DNA of 64,000 bases from Gammaproteobacteria bacterium. Lineage in GTDB: Bacteria > Pseudomonadota > Gammaproteobacteria > G965277405. Made by a program: the position numbers and the translations under genes. Shown here one piece after another: positions 54,123 through 62,846 of the stretch. The notes below the pieces were generated by a model. That model was not told the DNA's origin. It searched no databases and was given only the letters and a program-made list of their open reading frames with translations. The number at the start of each line of letters is the position of its first letter. Within the stretch, counting starts at the first letter, position 1. The DNA is taken from the NCBI GenBank assembly GCA_965277405.1, contig OZ255726.1:992001-1056000 (forward strand). Direction: 5' to 3'.

Positions 54123-56798
54123 ATGATAATAGTTGATGGTGCACACATGATGTTTCGCGCATATTACGCACTACCACCGCTTAATAATAGTAAAGGACAA
54201 CCAACTGGAGCTATTCATGGCATGGTGATGATGCTTGATTCACTACGGAGGACGCATCCAAAGCATCGAATTATCGTAGCGTTTGATTCGCCTGGAGGCA
54301 GTTTTCGTAATGAGATATATCCAGAATATAAAGCCAATCGCGGTCAGATGCCTGACGAACTCGGGGTGCAAATACCCATTATCTTTCAAATTATTGAGTT
54401 ATTAGGGCTGCCGCTGATACGCCAAGCAGGACTTGAGGCTGATGACATTATTGCAACTCTGGCAACAACGTTTGCTGAAAAAGGCGAAGAGGTTATCATT
54501 GCCAGCAGTGATAAAGACCTAGCGCAATTAGTCAGCGATAGCATAGTGATGTACGATGCGATGAAAAAAATTACAATTGATCGAACGGGTGTGATAAAAA
54601 AATTTGGAGTGACACCAGCACAAATCGTCGGTTATTTATCATTAATTGGCGACACAGTAGACAACATTCCTGGTGTGCCAAAAGTTGGTCCAAAAACCGC
54701 AGCAAAATGGTTGAACAAATACAGCACGCTAGAAAATGTACTGCAACATAGTAATTGTATTCAAGGAGTTGTTGGGCAATCACTGCGGGAGAATATCGAT
54801 AATGTCAGAGCAAATGTAGGATTGGTTTTGCTCAAAAAAGATGCTGATCTTGGCACTGTAGAAAATTGGCAACAACAGCCATGTGATGCTGCTGGGATTC
54901 ACACGCTGTTTGCCGAATTAGAGTTTAACAACGTCCCGCAGGATTTATTAGGTGGCTCAGCTGAGCAAGTGATAGCCCGACAACAAACAGTTAAGTACGA
55001 AACTATATTGACAACAGCAGCGTTACAATCTTGGTGCAATAAAATACAGCAACATGGTGTGTTTGCTTTCGATACTGAAACAACATCGCTGCAAACCCAG
55101 CGGGCTAGCATCGTTGGTTTTTCATTAGCGGTTGCAGCCGGTGATGCCTGCTATGTGCCGCTTAATCAAAACCAAGGCAATACTAACGAGCATTCTGGTA
55201 ACGTACAGAATGGGCTGGATGCTGCGCAGGCATTTTCTGTATTTAAAGAAACGTTTGCAAACCCAGCGTTAACATGCGTTGGGCAGAACATAAAATATGA
55301 CCTGCATATTTTAGCAAACTCTGGAATTTTTCCATCATGGCAGATTGAAGATACGATGGTGCTGTCATACATCATCAATTCAACCAAGCCACACGGTTTG
55401 GATGCGTTAGCGCAACGCTATCTGAATCACACCATGATTTCATATAAAGATGTTGTCGCCAAAGACCAAACTTTTGCAGACGTGCCGATTGCTGTGGCGA
55501 CACAATATGCCAGCGAAGACGCTGATATCACCTTACAAGTCTGGCATGCGCTGCAACAAGAGGCAGACGATAAGATTACCCAGGTCTACCAACAGCTTGA
55601 GCGACCGCTGATTCAGGTGCTATTCAAAATGGAGCGTATTGGTGTGCTGATAGATTCTGCAAATTTACACCATCAAACACAACAACTAACAGCACGCTGT
55701 GCCTTGTTACAACAACATGGGTATACATTGGCTGGTGAAACATTCAATATAGATTCTCCAAAACAACTGCAACATATCCTGTTTGATAAACTTGGGATTA
55801 AGGTTGTCAAGAAAACCAGTAAGGGGCAGCCGTCTACGAATGAGGCGGTGCTCCATCAACTTGCTAGCGAACACGCGTTGCCACAAATAATTCTTGAATA
55901 CCGTAGCCTGGCAAAATTGGTTTCTACGTATACGAATAAACTTACAGATATGGCAGATGCGGATACAGGGCGGGTGCATACAAGTTTTCAACAAACAGTT
56001 GCTAGCACGGGCAGGTTATCATCGGTTGAGCCGAACTTACAAAACATTCCAATTAAAACGCCAGAAGGGCGAAGGGTGCGTACCGCATTTATTGCCCCAG
56101 AAGATAACCTTATTATAAGTGCGGATTATTCGCAAATTGAATTGCGTTTAATGGCTCATGTGTCACAAGACGCAGGTCTTATTGCTGCGTTGCAAAACGG
56201 CGGTGATGTGCATAAGTCAACAGCGGCTGAAGTGTTCAATGTTATGATTAGCGAAGTCGACGAACAGCAACGTCGTGCCGCAAAGGCAATAAACTTTGGA
56301 TTGATGTATGGAATGTCAGCTTGGGGTTTGGCTAGACAGTTGGGCGTTGATCCTGCCAAAGCCCAAATATATATTGATAGCTATTTTGAGAAATACCCAG
56401 CAGTCCATGAATTTATGCAACAAACGCGAGATAGTGCGCACGCCAACGGCTATGTCGAAACAATATTTGGACGGCGGTTATATGTCCCAAATATTCATAG
56501 CAGTAACGCGCAAATTCGCATGGGTGCAGAACGTGCCGCGATCAATGGTCCCTTACAAGGGAGTGCTGCGGATATCATTAAAAAAGCTATGATTACAATT
56601 GATAATGAATTAGTAACCGCCTTTGCTGATACCAAAATGGTGTTACAAGTCCATGATGAATTGGTTTTTGAAACACCAACTATACACAGTGAAGCATTCC
56701 AGCATTGGCTGCGCAACAAAATGGAGCATGTTACTGTATTAGCGGTACCGTTAGTGGTTGAATGCGGTGCTGGCACACATTGGGGCAGTGCACATTAA
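54123..56798 (+). CDS. polA: DNA polymerase I
   Basis: 5'-3' exonuclease (YKANR, EADD, DNIPGV), 3'-5' exonuclease (FDTETT), polymerase (TGRLSS, ADYSQIELR, KAINFG, QVHDEL). Confidence 0.99.
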   Translation: MIIVDGAHMMFRAYYALPPLNNSKGQPTGAIHGMVMMLDSLRRTHPKHRIIVAFDSPGGSFRNEIYPEYKANRGQMPDELGVQIPIIFQIIELLGLPLIRQAGLEADDIIATLATTFAEKGEEVIIASSDKDLAQLVSDSIVMYDAMKKITIDRTGVIKKFGVTPAQIVGYLSLIGDTVDNIPGVPKVGPKTAAKWLNKYSTLENVLQHSNCIQGVVGQSLRENIDNVRANVGLVLLKKDADLGTVENWQQQPCDAAGIHTLFAELEFNNVPQDLLGGSAEQVIARQQTVKYETILTTAALQSWCNKIQQHGVFAFDTETTSLQTQRASIVGFSLAVAAGDACYVPLNQNQGNTNEHSGNVQNGLDAAQAFSVFKETFANPALTCVGQNIKYDLHILANSGIFPSWQIEDTMVLSYIINSTKPHGLDALAQRYLNHTMISYKDVVAKDQTFADVPIAVATQYASEDADITLQVWHALQQEADDKITQVYQQLERPLIQVLFKMERIGVLIDSANLHHQTQQLTARCALLQQHGYTLAGETFNIDSPKQLQHILFDKLGIKVVKKTSKGQPSTNEAVLHQLASEHALPQIILEYRSLAKLVSTYTNKLTDMADADTGRVHTSFQQTVASTGRLSSVEPNLQNIPIKTPEGRRVRTAFIAPEDNLIISADYSQIELRLMAHVSQDAGLIAALQNGGDVHKSTAAEVFNVMISEVDEQQRRAAKAINFGLMYGMSAWGLARQLGVDPAKAQIYIDSYFEKYPAVHEFMQQTRDSAHANGYVETIFGRRLYVPNIHSSNAQIRMGAERAAINGPLQGSAADIIKKAMITIDNELVTAFADTKMVLQVHDELVFETPTIHSEAFQHWLRNKMEHVTVLAVPLVVECGAGTHWGSAH

Positions 56799-57451
56799 GG
56801 CGTGTCAATCTGTATGCGCAACCAGTTTTCGACATCATTTAATTGTTGCTGGCTTACTGTATGTTGGTGTTGATATTGTTGAAACGTTACATCGTTGCCG
56901 TGCGCTTGTAACGTGTCTCGTGCCGCTAAGCCAAGTTCAAAAGGGACGACATCATCAGCAGTCCCATGACCAATAAACACAGGAGTTGTCGTTTGAATAT
57001 GCGTGGACTGAATGCAGTAGCAGGCAAGGGCAATGATGGCAGCGAAAGATCGACTACCATTTAAACCGCAATGCAGCGCCAGCGCACCGCCCTGAGAAAA
57101 TCCAGCAATAATAATATTTTTATCCGCAATTCCTTGCGCATTTTGTTGATCAGCAAGAGAATAGATATATGCAGCAGAAGCTGCTACGCCTGGTTGATCG
57201 ACACGCCGATTGATAGCCGTTTCGTAAATATCATACCAAGACGGCATCACCATGCCGTTATTTATACTCACAGCTTGTTTTGCTGCATGTGGAAAGACAT
57301 AGCGAACATGGGTATCAAAAACAAACATATTGGCAACACCAGCAAAATCATCTCCGGTTGCGCCGAGTCCATGTAACCAGATAATACAATATTGCGGTAA
57401 TGTAAATTGTTGAATAACAATTGGTTGGGGGTAGCGTAAATTAGTTGCCAT
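56795..57451 (-). CDS. Carboxylesterase/phospholipase (alpha/beta hydrolase)
   Basis: WLHGLGA, MPSWYDI, GFSQGG, HGTADDVVP. Confidence 0.94.
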   Translation of the reverse strand: MATNLRYPQPIVIQQFTLPQYCIIWLHGLGATGDDFAGVANMFVFDTHVRYVFPHAAKQAVSINNGMVMPSWYDIYETAINRRVDQPGVAASAAYIYSLADQQNAQGIADKNIIIAGFSQGGALALHCGLNGSRSFAAIIALACYCIQSTHIQTTTPVFIGHGTADDVVPFELGLAARDTLQAHGNDVTFQQYQHQHTVSQQQLNDVENWLRIQIDTP

Positions 57452-57488
57452 GGCTAAACTTATAAAATTATTAAATTATACTGAAATT

Positions 57489-58199
57489 ATGAATATATCG
57501 CGTAAATACATTGTGGTACTGCTTTCTTTGTTTTCTCTTGTATTAGTCGCATGTCAGTCTGATACACAAAGTGAGTTGGCGAACAGCAACACAGCTGCGC
57601 CTGCAACAGTAACACCGCTAGCATCAACATCAAAAACATTAACAAATATTGGTGATTACTTAGAGTTAGCCCAACCGCTTGATATTGGTAGAAAAGATGG
57701 CAAGCCATTTGTCATTGAGTTTTTTTGGTTTGGCTGCTCACATTGTAATGCAACACTCGGCCATATTATAAATTGGAAAAAACGCAATGCGGCTGCGAAT
57801 ATAGATGTTGATCTTATTACAATGCCTGCAGCTTTTGGTGGTTTATGGGATGTGCATGCCAAAGCTTATTATGCCAATGAGCAATTAAATTTAGCAAAAG
57901 AAGCGTATGTCGCAACATATGATGCGCTCCACAAACAACGCCTAAGCTTGCAAAACGCAGAAGAGTTAGCAGATTTTTATAGCAGCAAATATCAGATAGA
58001 CCGCCAGGACTATATTGATGCCTTCAATTCATTTGCGGTACAAAGCAAAGTTCGCAAGGTAGGCGTATTGATGAGTCGCGCTGGTGTGAACAGCGTACCA
58101 ACGTTTATTGTCAATGGTAAATATATTGTTGATGCACAGTTGGCTGGCGGAACAGAGAATTTATTTAATGCGATTGACGTGTTATTGACGATGAAATAA
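57489..58199 (+). CDS. dsbA: Thiol:disulfide oxidoreductase DsbA, predicted lipoprotein
   Basis: Lipobox LVAC, EFFWFGCSHC, cis-Pro loop VPTFIVNGKY. Confidence 0.9.
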   Translation: MNISRKYIVVLLSLFSLVLVACQSDTQSELANSNTAAPATVTPLASTSKTLTNIGDYLELAQPLDIGRKDGKPFVIEFFWFGCSHCNATLGHIINWKKRNAAANIDVDLITMPAAFGGLWDVHAKAYYANEQLNLAKEAYVATYDALHKQRLSLQNAEELADFYSSKYQIDRQDYIDAFNSFAVQSKVRKVGVLMSRAGVNSVPTFIVNGKYIVDAQLAGGTENLFNAIDVLLTMK

Positions 58200-58212
58200 C
58201 AGCCAAAGAGTA

Positions 58213-59265
58213 ATGCACGAATCAGCACAACACAACGAACTTCGCTACCGTAGACAGGTTGCTGAAATTGGTGAAAGTGGGCAAAAGCAAATCAATGCAG
58301 CTCGTGTGCTGATTGTTGGCGCAGGTGGTCTTGGCTGTACAGTTGGATTATATTTAGCAGGGGCAGGCATAGGTATAATCGGTATAAGTGACGATGACAT
58401 AGTCACATTGGATAACCTGCATAGACAAATAATTTATCGCGAAATCGATGTTGGTAAAGAGAAAACAAAGGTAGTCGTAACGCAACTGCAGCAGCGTAAT
58501 GCCAGTATTGTAGTTCGTTGCCACCGTGCGTTTACTAGTACCACTCAAGAGATGCTTGAGCAATATTCGCTGGTGATTGATTGTAGTGATAACGCGGCAA
58601 CAAGATATGCGTTGTATGACAGTTGCATTGAGAGCAACAAGCCTCTCGTGTATGCAAGTGTCAGCAAGCGTAGCGGCTATGTTGCCCTGTTTGGAAAATC
58701 TCACGGCTGCCTACGGTGTTTATTTCCAGATGAAAGTGAGGGGTATAGTTGTAGCAGCGACGGTATATTAGGCCCAGTGGTTGGGGTGGCGGCAAGTTTG
58801 CAAGCCAATATGGCAATACGTTGGCTTATTGGTGAACCACAGCCGTGTAATACTTTGCTGCGTTTTGATCTAGCTACACAGCAGTTTATCTCAGCCAGTT
58901 ATCAACGGCGGCTGAGTTGTATATGCCAGCAAACACCAACAACAGCAGTCGTGACAACCCCATTGCTGCCAAGCATTACGGCGATGGAATTAACTCAATA
59001 TCTCGCAGCAGCTAGCGATATACAAGTTATTGATATTCGTCAGCGTGGTGATTTTGATGTGCAACATATTGCTGGTGCTAACCATGTGCCAATCCAGCAG
59101 GTTGCAGCTATTGTTGGGCAGCGATGTACTGAGAAAGTAGTCGTTGTCTGTGAAACAGGTGCGCGGGCACGCAGTGTCGTACGCTCTTTGCAGGCGCAGA
59201 ATGTAGTAAAAAGTATGGTGCTTACAGGTGGTATGGCAGCATGGCAGCAATTTAGCAAATGTTGA
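58213..59265 (+). CDS. MoeB/ThiF adenylyltransferase fused to a rhodanese domain (MoeZ-like)
   Basis: GAGGLG, NLHRQ, DCSDN, CLRC, GILGPVVG; C-terminal DIR..HIAGA..CETGAR. Confidence 0.92.
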   Translation: MHESAQHNELRYRRQVAEIGESGQKQINAARVLIVGAGGLGCTVGLYLAGAGIGIIGISDDDIVTLDNLHRQIIYREIDVGKEKTKVVVTQLQQRNASIVVRCHRAFTSTTQEMLEQYSLVIDCSDNAATRYALYDSCIESNKPLVYASVSKRSGYVALFGKSHGCLRCLFPDESEGYSCSSDGILGPVVGVAASLQANMAIRWLIGEPQPCNTLLRFDLATQQFISASYQRRLSCICQQTPTTAVVTTPLLPSITAMELTQYLAAASDIQVIDIRQRGDFDVQHIAGANHVPIQQVAAIVGQRCTEKVVVVCETGARARSVVRSLQAQNVVKSMVLTGGMAAWQQFSKC

Positions 59266-59301
59266 TGATCTCGTTATTGATAACGATGCATTTGTCTGCA
59301 T

Positions 59302-60186
59302 TCAATGCAAGGATAGTGACAAATCTACTGCAGCAATATTCTTGGTTATTTCGCCAATAGACAAATAGTCAATGCCTGTTTGTAGGTAGTCATCAAGAGT
59401 TGTCAGTGAAATATTTCCAGAACCTTCTAAGCATACTTTTGGATTATCTGGATTTTGTTGATGGTATGCGCTGCTATGTGCGACCGCTGTGTGGATATCA
59501 GCTAGGGTAAAATTATCTAATAAAATCCTTTCAGGATGAGCCGCAAGGGCTTCTGGTAATTGAGATATAGATTCTATTTCTATTTCTAAAAATTTATGTG
59601 GGGCGGATTCACGCGCCATAGCAACGGCTTGGCTAATTGAACCAATTCCCGCAATATGGTTTTCTTTTATCAAAAAAGCATCGTACAAGCCAATGCGGTG
59701 ATTGGTACAACCACCAACCATGACTGCATATTTTTGCGCTAAACGCAAACCAGGAATGGTTTTACGAGTATCCAGAATGGTGGTATGAAATGGGGCTGCT
59801 TTATCCGCGTATAGCCTTGCCAGCGTCGCAGTTGCAGAAAGCGTTTGTACAAAATTAATGGCCGTACGTTCAGCAGTGAGAATCATCCGAGTTTGTCCAC
59901 GAATAGTGCATAATATTTGCTGCGGCTTGATAACGTCACCATCAGCAACATTCCAGGCAATCGAAATAAATTTATCAAGTTTTCTAAAAACTGTTTCGAA
60001 CCATTCCTTACCACAGAAAACGGCTTGTTCGCGCGTTGTCAAAGTAGCGCTGGATATTTGCTCGCTGCTAATCAGCGCAGACGTGATGTCACCCGTACCG
60101 ATATCTTCTTTTAAAGCATGTTGAATTTGTGCAGATATAGCCGCAGCGTTGACAGGCTGAATTATAAGGTGGGCATGGTTTGACAT
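59302..60186 (-). CDS. nadC: Quinolinate phosphoribosyltransferase
   Basis: EDIGTGDIT, AERTAIN, DTRKTIPGLR, NHRIGL, IKENH, LLDN. Confidence 0.97.
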   Translation of the reverse strand: MSNHAHLIIQPVNAAAISAQIQHALKEDIGTGDITSALISSEQISSATLTTREQAVFCGKEWFETVFRKLDKFISIAWNVADGDVIKPQQILCTIRGQTRMILTAERTAINFVQTLSATATLARLYADKAAPFHTTILDTRKTIPGLRLAQKYAVMVGGCTNHRIGLYDAFLIKENHIAGIGSISQAVAMARESAPHKFLEIEIESISQLPEALAAHPERILLDNFTLADIHTAVAHSSAYHQQNPDNPKVCLEGSGNISLTTLDDYLQTGIDYLSIGEITKNIAAVDLSLSLH

Positions 60187-61008
60187 TTATACGGCAACAG
60201 CGGCTGGAATTCTAGGATGGGGTGAGTAGCCATGAATAAAAATATCCGCGAAACAAAAATCATCAATATTAGTAATGCCTGGGTTTAAAGAAATTGTTGG
60301 AAGTGACCGCGGTGTTCGTGACAATTGGAGTTGGGCTTTGTCTACATGGTTTTCATACAAGTGTGTGTCGCCGAGTGTGTGGGTAAAGGTGCCAACATTC
60401 AAGTTGCAAACATGTGCAATCATGTGGGTGAGTAACGCGTAACTGGCGATGTTAAACGGTACTCCTAAAAACATATCCGCGCTACGTTGGGTGAGTTGGC
60501 TGTGCAAGGTTGGCTTGCCACCGTCAGGGCTCATTGCAATAAAAAATTGACAAAGGATGTGGCATGGCTGCAGTTTCATCTGCGCTAAATCCCCAACATT
60601 CCAAGCACTAATAATCAAGCGTCGTGAAGTTGGGTCAGTTTTAATTGTTTTAATAAGGGTATCAATTTGGTCGATAGTATTACCAGCAGTGGTCTTCCAG
60701 TTGCGCCATTGTACCCCGTATACAGGTCCAAGGTCATTGTTGCAGTCTGCCCATTCATCCCAAATCTTTACATTGTGTTGGTGTAAATAGTCAATACAAC
60801 TTTTGCCACTAAGAAACCACAGCAATTCATGGACAACTGCTTTGAAGTGAACCGCTTTTGTGGTGACCAGCGGAAACCCTGAGCTAAGATCAAATTGCAT
60901 GCGTTGGGCAAACAGCCGGTACGCTGCTATATCCGTGCGGTTGGAATCAGGGTCGCGCTGCGCGCTAAGATCGACAAGTTGCTGTAAAATATTAAGATAT
61001 GTCTTCAT
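60187..61008 (-). CDS. thyA: Thymidylate synthase
   Basis: FPLVTTK, ELLWFL, LGPVYGVQWR, SRR, PCH, QRSADMFLGVPFNIASY; ATGA-coupled to lgt. Confidence 0.98.
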   Translation of the reverse strand: MKTYLNILQQLVDLSAQRDPDSNRTDIAAYRLFAQRMQFDLSSGFPLVTTKAVHFKAVVHELLWFLSGKSCIDYLHQHNVKIWDEWADCNNDLGPVYGVQWRNWKTTAGNTIDQIDTLIKTIKTDPTSRRLIISAWNVGDLAQMKLQPCHILCQFFIAMSPDGGKPTLHSQLTQRSADMFLGVPFNIASYALLTHMIAHVCNLNVGTFTHTLGDTHLYENHVDKAQLQLSRTPRSLPTISLNPGITNIDDFCFADIFIHGYSPHPRIPAAVAV

Positions 61009-61829
61009 GCTTTTCTGCTCTTCCATGCTGGTGCATACGTGGAGGTTTTTTTGGAATACCAAAGCAACCAAGCTCCAACAATGCCCATGGGGATAGTCAG
61101 GAGTTGCCCCATAGTCAGCCAGTTAAATGCCAGATAGCCGAGGTGGGCATCAGGTGTACGGATAAACTCAATGGCGAAGCGTGCAGCAGCGTAGCCAATT
61201 AAAAATATTGCTGTTAAAAAAAATCTAGGACGTTTATTTCGTCCCAGCCAAAATAATAGAATAAATAACAACAGCCCTTCAAATAGTGCTTCATACAACA
61301 TACTCGGATGGCGTGGCATAGGCCCGCCGCCTGTTTTATCAAAAACCACAGCCCAAGGCAGCGTGGTTGGCGCGCCCCAAAGCTCACCGTTAATAAAGTT
61401 GCCAATACGTCCAAAAAATAAACCAATGGGTGAGACGATCGCTATTTGATCACCAATATCAAACGGGTGAAAGTGATGTTTTTTACAATATAGTAAAGTT
61501 GTAACGACAACACCAAGAAACCCACCATGAAACGACATCCCGCCTTTGTTAATAGCAAATAACATTAGTGGATTCTGGATAAATGCAGCAAAGTCATAAA
61601 ACAGCACATAGCCAATTCGCCCTCCTAGAATAATCCCAATCATGATCCACACAATAAATCCTTGGATATGTTCATATGTCCAAATAGCTTGTTTTCCTTG
61701 AAGAGCAATCAGTTTTTTCAAAACCCGCATACACATAAGGAAAGACACCACATACATGATGCCGTACCAATGAACCTGAACCGGACCCAAGGCAACAACA
61801 ACGGGATTAATGTTATGGTGATAAAACAT
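61005..61829 (-). CDS. lgt: Prolipoprotein diacylglyceryl transferase
   Basis: HWYGIMY, GGRIGY, GGMSFHGG, GRIGNFINGELWG, RHPSMLYE. Confidence 0.98.
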   Translation of the reverse strand: MFYHHNINPVVVALGPVQVHWYGIMYVVSFLMCMRVLKKLIALQGKQAIWTYEHIQGFIVWIMIGIILGGRIGYVLFYDFAAFIQNPLMLFAINKGGMSFHGGFLGVVVTTLLYCKKHHFHPFDIGDQIAIVSPIGLFFGRIGNFINGELWGAPTTLPWAVVFDKTGGGPMPRHPSMLYEALFEGLLLFILLFWLGRNKRPRFFLTAIFLIGYAAARFAIEFIRTPDAHLGYLAFNWLTMGQLLTIPMGIVGAWLLWYSKKTSTYAPAWKSRKA

Positions 61830-61832
61830 GGT

Positions 61833-62846
61833 TTAATCCTGTTGTAACGCAGCCATTAAAGAGACAAGAAACTGTTGACGTAAAATTTTATCGATTGTGG
61901 AATTAAGACGATGAGACATCAAGTTTGCTAATTGGCTGGCAATTTTAATATCCCAGACCAAGCTACCGCGTGGATTTTTTTGACCACCATGTATTGCACT
62001 AATATCAAAATAAATTCTGGCGCGTTGCCAATATGTATCATCTGCAAAAAAAACTGGCTGTGCCTTAACAGAAAAAGCAAACTCATATTTTGGATTTGTA
62101 GCAACAGCAATAAAGCCGTGGTGGACAGGTATGCGCTGGAACATCTTCGGGTTGTCAATCTGTTCGTCGACTACCACTCGGTACGGCAAGGTTTGAATAT
62201 TGTCGATCATTTTTTGCCGAAACTTGCTGATATCAGCAAAAGGATTTACCCGACCTATAGAATGAGAAACAATGCGGAGTTTTCGATTGAGCTCTTCACG
62301 CTTTAATAATAATTGAGTGATTGACGCCAGCACGCTAATTTTACCTAATTGGTCGGCGTCCTCAAGCAGCCTCATTTTTACTGAAATATGCAAATCTATA
62401 TCCTGGATATCTAAGGACATAGAACGGCTGGCAATGCCGCGATTTAATGCAATAAATGCAGTGTATATTAACGTTTCGTCATCAAAATGCGTCCCCAAAA
62501 TCTGACTGCCCTCAATTACTTGATCAGTCCGCGAAGTTGTGTTTTCAACATAGCTTTTATTGCCCCGACTCGACGCTACTGAACCAGTAAAATCGGTTTG
62601 CAAATTTTGGTATAGAGATATTTGGCTGCTAATTTTAGTAGAGAACACTTGAGCCAAGTTTGACCTGGCTCTTATTTTGGCAATTTCTGGGGTGCTACCA
62701 GCGCCTGTTTGGCTAAGATAAGCACTTGAATTGTAGAGGGTTTGTTGTTGTGTTATCCACGCTTCTCGTTCAGCAATTGATATTTTCGGACCACCAGCGC
62801 AGCCCGTAATAGCAAGGCAACAGATAATGTGTACTAAATGTCTCAT
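61833..62846 (-). CDS. LPP20-family-like lipoprotein
   Basis: Lipobox ITGC; W..Y....G.G....AK.RAR.NLA..F..KISS pattern. Confidence 0.65.
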   Translation of the reverse strand: MRHLVHIICCLAITGCAGGPKISIAEREAWITQQQTLYNSSAYLSQTGAGSTPEIAKIRARSNLAQVFSTKISSQISLYQNLQTDFTGSVASSRGNKSYVENTTSRTDQVIEGSQILGTHFDDETLIYTAFIALNRGIASRSMSLDIQDIDLHISVKMRLLEDADQLGKISVLASITQLLLKREELNRKLRIVSHSIGRVNPFADISKFRQKMIDNIQTLPYRVVVDEQIDNPKMFQRIPVHHGFIAVATNPKYEFAFSVKAQPVFFADDTYWQRARIYFDISAIHGGQKNPRGSLVWDIKIASQLANLMSHRLNSTIDKILRQQFLVSLMAALQQD

